Assembly: GCA_964035545.1 (NCBI GenBank) | Contig: OZ037766.1 | Coordinates: forward strand, 8,484,722-8,548,721 | Length of the DNA stretch: 64,000 nt | Source of the DNA: Bugula neritina | Taxonomy: Eukaryota; Animalia; Bryozoa | Reading direction: 5' to 3' | Shown here: in pieces, positions 52,815-64,000 of the stretch | Numbering within the stretch: position 1 is the first letter of the stretch | Layout: every line of letters begins with the position of its first letter | Position numbers and translations under genes: made by a program | The notes under the pieces: generated by a model | Databases searched by the model: none | What the model saw: only the letters and a program-made list of their open reading frames with translations | What the model was told of the DNA's origin: nothing

Positions 52815-52912
52815 CAGGGGTGTCCAACCTTTCCAGAGCGAGGGCCACTGAAAGGGAAGTTCTAGTGGGAGGTCATATATCTGGCTCTGAGGCCGCCTGC
52901 TGGACAACCCTG
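52815..52912. mobile_element. 98-bp hAT MITE, inverted deletion relative of 32891-33229
   Basis: TIRs CAGGGGTGTCCAAC / GCTGGACAACCCTG; TSD TTCTAAAT / TTTTAAAT (one mismatch). Confidence 0.85.
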
Positions 52913-54070
52913 TTTTAAATGCAGAAAAGCATAGGCCAATTTTTAAAATATCTAAAAGGAGGTACAAGTCAATAACCCACAAAGTAAAAAATGTGCTACT
53001 TGTATAGAACTAATAGGCTGAGTATCTGTGCAGAACAAATTTTTAACTTAATTATGAGTTTTATGCTTGTACTCATAGGAAAACATAAATATTGCATAGA
53101 AATGTTGATGCCTACTTTCAAGCTATTTAGATCAATTGATTCTTTATAGTAAATATCGTTCATGCAAAGTTTTTCAACAGTGCAAAGTAGCTTATTAATT
53201 ACCTAGTTTTTGTGTGAATTTGTATAACTGGTCGAAATTTAACAAATCAGGAACCACGCAATTGTAATGATTGATAAACTTCAATATGTAGACGCTTAAA
53301 GATTATTCATTTTATAGCTTGCAGGTTATAAACAAATTAAATTTTGTTTATCAAAATTTTGCAAACTTGTTCCAAAATTGCTTAATAATAAAACAGTAAG
53401 ATTTATTGTGAAAAAGCTATTAATTGGGAAACAACTTGTGACGAGAAATTTTAAACTTTTTATTAGACAAAAATAATGATTAATTTCAACTCAAGAATTA
53501 TATTAAGTGAACTTTATTATAGCACATCAGTTATAGTGTCATACTAGTAAAAAGTGAGCTATGATCTCAATATTATTATATATTTAATTGTATGTTTTTA
53601 AATTTAAAACATACAATTTCAGTTATAATTATTGGGCTTAGTAAAACCTTTCGGTTGTAGTTATGTTCTCTAGCAAGGCTGTAATTTATCAGTTATTGCC
53701 ACTAAATATAGGCATATATTATTATATGTTATATTTTAATAGTAACTGGCCTGTGGTTGTTCTCCATTGATCAGAGTCTGTTTGATCAGCATTATATGAA
53801 GTTATGCACAGCCTGCATTCCTTATAAGCACTGAAATTGCGAAGAAGTAATTGACAGAGAGTTGCTTCTTATTAGCTAGTTTTATTTCATGGGTTATGTT
53901 TTTTATTTTTTTATTTTATTATGATGAAAATTTTATTGTCAACTTCTCTTGCGTTTTGAGAGTTGTCACCCCGCAGTTTTATGTAAGTGGCCCAATAGTT
54001 TTTGTTCTGTAGCACATGGAAAAACTGACTCTAACTAAAGCCATCTCATTGAGCGTAATATATATATATA

Positions 54071-54333
54071 TTGATTGAAATATAATATATTGTGCAATGT
54101 GTAGCATTTTTGTTAGTATTTTGTTCCATTGGCTTTCAGTAGCTTCAATGTTGGTTATACTTATATATCTACTTAAAACTAATGACTCCTCCTAATTTTA
54201 ATTTTATATAATATAATATAATTTATTGTATAATATTATAAATATAACCAGCATTGAAACTACTGAAAGCAAATGGAACAAAATACCAACAAAAGTGCTA
54301 CACATTGCACAATACATTATGTTTCAGTCGATA
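54071..54333. repeat. Inverted repeat, arms about 95 bp with about 70-bp spacer
   Basis: 54071-54165 is the reverse complement of 54238-54333 with scattered mismatches. Confidence 0.88.
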
Positions 54334-55066
54334 CATATCATGCTGCAGTGTATTTTTGAAACAGTCAGCTTTGTACATGAAGGATCAACATTCTGTACTA
54401 CTTACTTCTTACTCTTACGTAATATTATTTTCCAGTGATATATATATATAGGTTTATAACTAATTTGACTGTTGAAAATTATACTGTCAATATTGTTTAA
54501 TTGTTGCATTATTAGCAAACAGATTATTTATTATACATTTGTCGGTGCCACCATTGCTATATATTTTTCTCTTCAACCATTTATACCGGTTTACATATAT
54601 GCCCAACGCCTTCCTTCACGATCCAGACAAAGAACTTCTAGCCAAATAGAGCCATAAATGATGTATGTAGTTGTTAGGACTTTATTGATGAAAGGAGTGC
54701 ATTCGACATTGAATGGCTAGGATACGTATTCGTTGTTGATCGCTTTGAGGAACTCATTAATTTTTTAACATAAAATTCAAAGCCTGTTAAAATTTTATAT
54801 ATGAAAGTTTGTTGGCTATCCAATTTCCACAGCCGTTAAACAATGGAAATTTTATGCAAAACAACATGACTGCTGCTTAGAAAAGTTGAAACTAAGTTTT
54901 TCTTTCAGACCAGGCTTTCACTCACGAAATAAGCACCTCCGAGTTGGGGGTGACTAAGTGTAGCAGTTTGGGGGGTCTCGAGTTTGGAGTTGGGATCATA
55001 ACTCCAAATACGAAATACCTCTTAGCTAAAATCGTCTTTCTACTCCAAATCGGAGCTGCTCCGCCC

Positions 55067-55504
55067 CAGTGTGGTATATTTAAGAGTGTTGCCATTAGCA
55101 AATCTTACGGAATCATATGGGCGCCATTATGCCGAGATTGGTACCGCGAGTTTATATAAGTTATAAAGGAAAAATTTTGCCACTTTTGTTATTTTATTTT
55201 TTTTCTATTTTATGTGTACATTTTTCTTAATTTTTTTTATTGGTAAAATTTTTAAACACATTTTTAATGCACATAAAATTAAAAGAAAAATTAAAACTCA
55301 ATCATGCACATAAATACAAAGCTATAAAGTTAAAGCTTCGCTGTGATTACAATGTGAATATGAATTGAATAATGCTTGCAATAACCATTATACACAAAAT
55401 ACGTTACAGTTGCTATAAATGTAAGACTAGTTAATTGGATGCAAATAGGCACGGTAATACTACTTAATTTATGCTATTTTTGAATTTTGTAGTAAATATT
55501 TGGC

Positions 55505-55567
<63 letters not shown>

Positions 55568-56757
55568 TTATATATATATAATATATAATATTATTATATG
55601 TATATATATATATATTATATATAATATCATTATATATATAATGTATATAATTTAATATATAATATAATAATATATTATATATGATATTTTTATATATATA
55701 ATATAATATATAATATAATAATATATTATATATGATATTATTATATATATAATATATATATATAATATAATATATAATATAATATTATAATATATATATA
55801 TATATTATATATGATATTATTATATATATAATATATAATATATTATTGTATAATATATTATTATAATATATATATATATCATATATAATATAATATATAA
55901 TATAATAATATATTATATATGATATTATATATATAATATATATATAATATAATATATAATATATTAATATATAATATATTATTATAATATATATATATTG
56001 TTATAATATATATATATATTATATATAATATTATTATACTTGTATAATATATATATAATATAATATATAATAATATATAATATATTATTATAATATATAT
56101 ATATATTATAAATAATATAATATAATAATATATTTTATATGATATTATATATATATAATATAATATAATAATATATGATATATTATTCTAATATATATAT
56201 ATATTATTATAATATATATATATATTATATATAATATTATTATACTTGTATAATATATATATAATATAATATAATATATAATATATAATAATATATTTTA
56301 TATGATATTATATATATATAATATATATATAATATAATATATAATATAATAATATATAATATATTATTCTAATATATATATATATATCATTATAATATAT
56401 ATATATTATATATAATATTATTATACTTGTATAATATATATAATATAATATAATATATAATATATAATAATATATAATATATTATTATAATATATATATA
56501 TATTTTGTAAATAATATAATATAATAGTATATTTTATATGATATATATATATAATATAATATATAATATAATAATATATTATATTATTATATTATATAAT
56601 ATATTATTATAATATATATATATTATATATAATATTATTATACTTATATAATATATATATAATATAACAATATATAATATAAAAATATATAATATATATA
56701 TAATATAACAATATATAATATAAAAATATATAATATATCATTATAATATATATATAG

Positions 56758-56811
<54 letters not shown>

Positions 56812-57237
56812 CATGCCGAATATTTACTACAAATTTCAAAAATAGCAAAAATTAAATAGTATTACCGTGCCTATTTGCATCCAATTTACTAGTCTTACAT
56901 TTATAGCAACTGTAACGTATTTTGTGTAAAATGGTTATTGCAAGCATTATTCAATTGATATTCACATTGTAATCACAGCGAAGCTTAAACTTTATAGCTT
57001 TGTATTTACGTGCATGATTAAGTTTCAATTTTTTTTAAAATTTTATATGTATTGAAAATATGTTTAAAAACTTTACCAATAAACAAAACTAAAAAAAATG
57101 GACACATAATATAAAAAAAAATAAAATCACAAAAGTGGCAAAATTTTTCCTTTATAACTTATATAAACTTGCGGTACCATTAGCGACATAATGATTTTTC
57201 ATGGTTTAAAGTCAACACTCTTAAATATACCACACTG
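55067..57237. mobile_element. Non-autonomous hAT-like foldback element with long inverted arms and an AT-only core
   Basis: 25-bp perfect TIR CAGTGTGGTATATTTAAGAGTGTTG, perfect 8-bp TSD CTCCGCCC, about 380-bp subterminal inverted arms (55127-55510 / 56810-57190), no ORF. Confidence 0.93.
55509..56810. repeat. 1.3-kb TA/TAA low-complexity expansion
   Basis: Almost only A and T; TTATACTT recurs near 56034, 56240, 56421 and 56638. Confidence 0.97.
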
Positions 57238-57649
57238 CTCCGCCCAACCCTGAGAACATCTGAGAAATCGCTCCAACGCAATTTAGCTATGAAAACGGAA
57301 ACGTATTCCGCATGCGCCTAACATTACCAGAACGTGTGTAACAAAGTTAGTTCATTGACATCATCATGATTATCATCCCTGCGGCTGGCTTACTCAATAA
57401 ATTGAATTAAATTTGTGCAAGTCATGGTACCAAAAAGAAATACCAACTGTAAAATCAAAATAGTTATCATATTACTTTAATAATTATTATGATAACGTTA
57501 TTTACTTAAGTTATTAATTCATATTTTGCTCCCAGTCCCCCCAGTTGTCCGGAGTTGAACCTGCATGTTCTGTGAATAATTGTTCATGTTGTCGTTGAGA
57601 CCACTTCAACTTCATGATCATGATGACCGCCTGGTGACGATGATCAAGA

Positions 57650-58380
57650 TGATATTCATAGTATAATCATTATTAATATTTGTCTTTGATAATCATGTTC
57701 ACTGTATTTTTTATAATAATCATGATGATGAGATAATCTAACTGAGAGTGAGAGTGAGTAACTCTGAATCAATTCAATATCATACTGATATTGATACTCA
57801 TACTGATAGTCAAACTCAATTTTATACTGAATACTCATGCCGCTTACACTCTGCGATTACGACTACAGTGAGAGTGATGGACTGATAAACTCGTAATCAT
57901 AATGATAATGATCATGATGTGATACTGATAGTCATTCACTCATTCTGTGATTCAATTTAAAAGTAAATTTCACAGTCACTCATTCATATTGAACTTGATA
58001 TTCCTATCAATGATAATCAATATCATACTCATACTGATACTTGATCTCATACTAACTCTAACTCTAAGTCTTAGTCTAATAGTAATGCTAATTATAATAC
58101 TCATACTATGAGTCATACTAAACGTCATACTTATAGTTATAGTATTACTATTAGTTTTACTTATACTCATACTCATGCTGATTGTGAAATGTCAATGTCA
58201 TAGTGTGATAATTCTTACTAACACCATGACTATGACCAACAGTAACTCTAACTCTTAAAAGCAAGAGTAAGTACTATAGGCATAGCATGAGACTGAGTAT
58301 GAGTATCACCATCGATACGAGACTACTACTAGTACTAGTAGTAGTCCTACTACTTCAAAAGTTACTGTTAGAGTAACTTA
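57650..58380. repeat. Degenerate ATACTC/ATCATG hexamer and ACT trimer tract
   Basis: Directly visible, upstream of the first coding exon of CDV3. Confidence 0.85.
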
Positions 58381-59660
58381 CAGTTTGTAATTATACATCT
58401 TATCTATATTCTACAGACTGTTTAAGGGTTGTATGCTAAAACAATTATGTTTTACAATAAGTTTTGTGCACACATGTCTTGAATTAATTTGGGGATTTCT
58501 GTGGCTCCTAGTCAGAAGTATTATCAAACCAATACCAAATATGAATGATTTTTTATTGCATGCTGCTCTTAGCTGCTGCAGCACACAAATTAATCACCAA
58601 GCTGGCTCAAATGTTTGAAGCACAGGTTATACATGCTGCTAAGTGAGAAAACAAATACAACCACTCTGGTATATACATGTATATTATAAGTCATAGTTAC
58701 TTCTTATGGTTATATTGTGCATTAGAAAAATGAAATAACCTGATTTCAACAAATCATGTAACAGCAATAATTATACAGTGACAACCACATAGAAGAATTT
58801 GGCTATATGGACTATTTATGTAACATTTTTAAAATGCTCTAAATATGCTGTTAGTAGCTTACTATATACTTGTGTATATTTATAAACAGGTACTGTTAAT
58901 GAATTACCACCTGGTAATCCTAGCACGTAAACTTGGATCCTACCTTTCAGGCATATACTTATTTAAGCTCACTACAGTAACTGGCTTGTATTTGTTATTT
59001 AAGATTGTCCTGACTGTCATTTTGATGAGACTCAAATTAATTGCTCATTAATTTTAAATTGCTTGTGCTATTTTCTCTACATACTCATTACGATTTTGAT
59101 TGATAGTTTCAGTGTAGTATTACTGGCCAAGTACAAATACAATGCAAAGACAGTTAAATTGGAAAACCACACTGAACCAAGTTCTTTATTACTATTAGTT
59201 ATCATTATGACCTGGTCTGCTTTCAAATTTAAATTTAAATAATTCCATATTAACAGGTATTAGGATTACTTCAGTATTTGCTGTTGCTTTTTACATAATC
59301 TGTATTTCATCAAATTCGTTCATTAGATGCAGAAAACAAAAAAATTTTAAAAACAAGTAGTTGCTAAGTTGCATTTGCTATATGTTTTTTTATTCTTTTT
59401 GCTGAAAGGTATTTGTATCAACTAGCTCACCAAATGTGTGCGCAAAATTTGTTATGAAACAAAAATTTTTGGGCATACAACTCTCAGCCTGTAGATGATA
59501 GCAAACATTTTAAAAAAAGCTTATAAAATGAGCAGACTCTTAAAACATCGGTTGATGCAAAATTCAAAGTCGGTGATAAAAACATATGTAATAAATACTC
59601 AATGTAAATGTGTTTTTAAATGTTATTGCAGTTGCAAATTGAAATATAAATCAAAACACA

Positions 59661-62600
59661 ATGGCTGAAGCAGACGGATTGGATGATTTTTTTGCCAAGA
59701 AAGATAAATCTAACAAAAAAAAGGGGAAATCAAAATCTAAAGGGAAGATGGTAGTCTCTGATTTAATCCCAGCTTCATCACCTACTCCCCCTAATGAATT
59801 GACTGAAACTACTGCAAGTGTAGCTGAGCAAGTTAATGAATTAAAATTAGAAAATCCAGCTCCAGAATCCAAAGATAAGAAAAAGTGCAAAAAGAAAAAA
59901 GATCGAGATGGTGGAGATGTTATCAATAAAAATGAGGTGAGCTAAAATTCTTTATTCCTAATGTACATATAGCCAGCCTGGTGTTTCAAAAAGTGTTGCG
60001 TGTACAATCAAAGCATAAGACTTGGTGAACATCAAATTATTAAATCACTGATTTGTATAACATGCATTTAGTTTTTAACATGACTCAAAATTTAGCACTT
60101 CTTCAATTGTCTAAGAATTTCTTGTCAAAAGTAAATATTTCAAGGGTTAAGTTCTCGTGCAAAATGGCCATTTTTGGTACGAAAAATTAATGAAAGTCAG
60201 TCACTAGACTAAATAGAAAAGCAATAAGTCACGTATATACTAATTGGACAAACATTTTATAATTTTGATAACCTTTTGTGTTCTGCTTTTGAAAAATATG
60301 TTGAATTTTGTTGTAATAATTTTAAAAATAAATTGCACTGTTCCTTATTAAATCTGCTTTAACTTCAATGCAACTGGTAACCTTCATAGTATAATAGTTT
60401 AGTTCACTCTTTAAATAGTATCTCATAAAATACAATTTTAATATCTAAACCTAATTTTGAGTTAGTTTTTGAATTTTTTGGTGAAAATGTAGGATTCTAA
60501 AGTAATTTAAATCAGCTGTATTAACAAATTAATGTTTTTGTCCTGCACATAACAAAAGCTATTTTCAGTATTTAGTAAAAGAACTAATATCAGATTTGTA
60601 GTAAGATCGCTTGATCCATGCTCAAATATCCATGTAATGCTTTGCAAACTTTTCTTGGTACAAGTGTGGCAGTTTTAAAATTAGCTTACTAGCCTGTATC
60701 CGTAAAATTTCTATTATGACTGATTTTCTGGCATATAGGAAGATGAATGGAATGAAGTGAATGATACTGTTGATTACTCTGGGTTACGAATAGCAACTAA
60801 AAGCATCGCAAGGTAAGAGCTAAGCTTATAATTTTTGTATTGAAAGCAGTTTTTTTTGTTCAAACAAGTTAAGGAATATTAAGAAAACATCAATTAAATC
60901 TGTTCATGCGAAGAAGTTCTCATTAATCGGCTTTACTTCACAGCTGTTTTATTTTCTCTTTGTCTTTAGTTGTTTTGTGTTGTTGATTAGTTGGGTTTTT
61001 CTGCTTTTCCCACTTGCCGCTAACCAAGATTATTATTAAATTCATTGTAACACTTGAAATGGTATTAAGTCTGGCAAATTTATATCGATAAAAACTATAG
61101 TTATTTGTTGTAGTTTGCCATTAATTTCTCTAGTTGCCAAATCATGGAGTTGGTGTATTTGCAGTATTATTTTGATCTTCAAACTGCAGCGAATAATGAG
61201 TAACATGTATCTTATTGACCTTCCAATATTTCTATATTAAAATTAATATAAAATATGAGCAAAATAATATTTGCTCTCCCCAAAAAGTGGCTTTTATTCA
61301 TTTGATTTCTCCAACACTTAGAACATGGGTGCCCTTTCTTGCAAAGATGCAAGTTAGTAAATCTGTTGAAGTACTTGATTCCATTTTATTTAAATAAGAA
61401 TATAATAGAGGATGAGCTGAAGGAATTTTGGTGAAAAAATGTATGCATTTTCCGTCGTCTGATATGCCAACCCAGCAGTTTTAATAAGGCTGGTCTTGCA
61501 AACTCTTAAAAGTATCCCAACATGATTTTGAAACTAGATTTTCCCTTTAGCATTAATTATTTCTGGTAAAACATTAGGTATATACAGGAAAGCTTTTCCT
61601 AGCCGATTTTTGTAGAAATTATGTTATTACTTTGAACTTAAACCTGACATTTTTCTCTTTTCTTCATACATCATAGCTGTAAAAAGGCATTTGTTTACAA
61701 TATAGTTCAGTAGGAAGAAAATAGCTGAGAGTCATCGCTTGAGTTTAAAATAAGAATATCTCTTTCAGTTGTCTTTGTTAAGATACCAGCTATAGCAATT
61801 CTATCAACTATTGTGCTAACAAATAAACTTAGCAACTCTATTTTATCAACAACTATCAACTTAAAGCTGCGTAGAACTTGTAAAATAAATTATTCTGTGA
61901 CTTCAATAAACAAGTTAGATATCTTAGAAATAATGTATTCTACAGGGAAGCTGCCGAAGAAGCTGCTGAAAGTGCTGCTAGAGCTGAAGCTGAATATGAT
62001 GAAGATGGCCAACTTATAGAAAAGGTGAAAGATGATACTGTTTGGAAGCTTCCAGAAAATCAACAGGAGTTGAAAATTGAAGAACCTCAAGCTCCTGGTT
62101 GGTTAAAGCTTTTTTTTATGATTGAGTTATAAATACCATTCTATGGCAAAACTAAGTTCTCAATTCAATATAATATAATAGCTACGTTTTCTTATAAATC
62201 AATGAAATATATGATCAGGGAACAGCTAGAATTCAAGTTGTTAAAGTTCAAAGGCAAAAAGCGATGTTTATAATTTGTATATGGCTAGGAAGTTAAATTA
62301 CTTGAAATGAGTAAAACTTTAGTAGTAGCAGCAGTGGTGTTTGTGTATAAGTGTTACACTCAACGGCTGTACAACTTTCTTCAAAGCTGAGTTAGGGTTT
62401 TCATCAATTCCTCAAATACTGAATGTAAGAAAAAGGTGTTCTTCCATTTATTATTTCCTGTTTTGTTATTTATTAAATTTAAAAATTATGGATACATTTT
62501 TTACCCTGGACCCTGTATAGCTCTAAAAGTAAAAAAAGTGGTTATTCAAAGTGTTGTGCTAGTGTTGTGGAGTTCTATGATGAGTGATGTTTTGTTTATC

Positions 62601-63821
62601 AATACTTGTATTTATTTGCAGCTCCGGTGATTGTAAATATGCCTAATGTCACTGACAGTAAATATGTTCCCCCATCTAAAAGATACGGTGGTGGAAATAC
62701 TGATCTGGCACCAGTCAATATTAAAAAGCCACAGAGAAAGAAAACTGCACCCAATATGAATAGCCAAGAAGATTTCCCGAGCCTCGGTGCCAGCCCTGCA
62801 ACTGCTGATTTGTAAGTAAAATATACCAGACTGTGTAATTTCTCTGAACTCATTCACAAAGTTTTAGTTTTAGAGCTACCAGAAATTGTTTTACATTAGA
62901 TCATGGTTCACACAATCAACTTAATATCTTGTTTTCTATGAAAATGGTCACACAACTTTGTAATTCTACACCAAAAAATGATTTTATTTTTTTTCTCTAC
63001 TTTTCACTAAGCCATACCTCCTGAACCTCATCAATGTTGACTATTAGGTTGTACCTTGTACCCCCCCTGCGCCCCAAACCTTTCTCCCCTTGCCTAGTTT
63101 TATGAAATTTATTTGCAACCAAAAATTTAATTACTTTCATCACCAAATCTAATTCCATCATGGATTCACACTCTTTCACTTGATGACAGTTCACTGAAAC
63201 TAAATGCTTGTGTAACCACACTTGTTTGATGCAGCACATCCACACCTACTGTTTGCTGTCATTTGAAGATGTGCCCATTTGTTTCTGTGGTTTAGTACTT
63301 GCAGTTTTACATGTTTGCAGCACTTTTTCAGTTTATTCCTCACATATAACTTATAGAAGAGGCATTTTGTGAGCTCTTGTGTGTTGGGAGAGTAAACACT
63401 ATTCTTGTTTCTTGTACATAACTACCATACTGTCATAATACTATATTTTGTTTTATACCCTGTCCTGCTACATTTTTCTGTGTCATGTGTTAGATGTAAT
63501 GTTGATAGTTGAATTCAATCTTCTTTGCAATATTTGTTTTTTTTAATTTGCTCTCCACTTGAAAATTTATATAATTAGTATTGCCAGGTGTTGCAGTATG
63601 TATTTGGCAATGTTCTGATAATTTATACTCGGTTATATAGCATGTGATTTTGTATATGCTCAGTGAATAAATTATTAGTCCTTAATGTGCATTTGTATTT
63701 TAGTGACGGATCAAGATTTGAGAAAGTAAGAGGGGGTGGTAGCTTACAGTCCAGTAGTACACCTACTGGGCCAAGTAGATTAGAAACATCTAATAAATAT
63801 AGTGCTTTGGAGCGACGTTAA
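59661..63821 (+). CDS. CDV3: Protein CDV3 homolog, about 269 aa
   Basis: Exons 59661-59936, 60739-60812, 61946-62097, 62622-62811, 63704-63821 (810 nt). LDDFFAKKDK, DEW..VDYSGLRI, YVPP, APNMNSQEDFPSL, LETSNKYSAL. Confidence 0.92.
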
Positions 63822-64000
63822 TATGATTACAGTTTACCTTATCAAATTTATATGCTCTTTTGCATTTTTAATGCTTTGCAGCTCAATATACTTTTGTTTT
63901 TTGTCCAGTTGCTCTTGCAATATCTTTCATTGTCACTCTACTGGGCTAACTTGGAAGTATAGTTTTTGTGTAACATATTGCAGCTAAACACAATGTGACC

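Overview
AT-rich, intron-containing genomic DNA from an invertebrate animal (GT-AG introns, CpG-poor gene bodies, CpG-richer promoters); the species cannot be assigned from sequence alone. Six spliced genes were reconstructed by hand with phase-consistent exons: (1) the 5' part of an unidentified coiled-coil gene running off the left edge (-); (2) a type I membrane protein (-) combining a signal peptide, about 9-10 EGF modules (7 from a recent 251-bp exon+intron tandem array) and a TGN38/KCT2-type TM and YxxL tail; (3) HSPA13/STCH (+); (4) an RNF166/RNF114-type RING-UIM E3 ligase (+) with kappaB sites at its 5' end; (5) a convergent nuclear-IkB-like (IkBzeta/IkBNS/Bcl-3 type) ankyrin gene (-) with an apparent internal, kappaB-site-bearing promoter and alternative first exon; (6) CDV3 (+). 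Mobile DNA includes a full-length decayed Ty1/copia element with LTRs, TSD and half-tRNA PBS, a Gypsy-like relic, a 5'-truncated LINE, hAT and PIF/Harbinger non-autonomous elements and a tRNA-derived SINE. The strongest candidates for new biology are the EGF-expanded TGN38/KCT2-like protein with possible short and secreted isoforms, the putative NF-kB feedback pair (RNF + two-promoter IkB), and degenerate ACT/AGT repeat tracts beside most gene starts. Gene models are predictions without transcript support.
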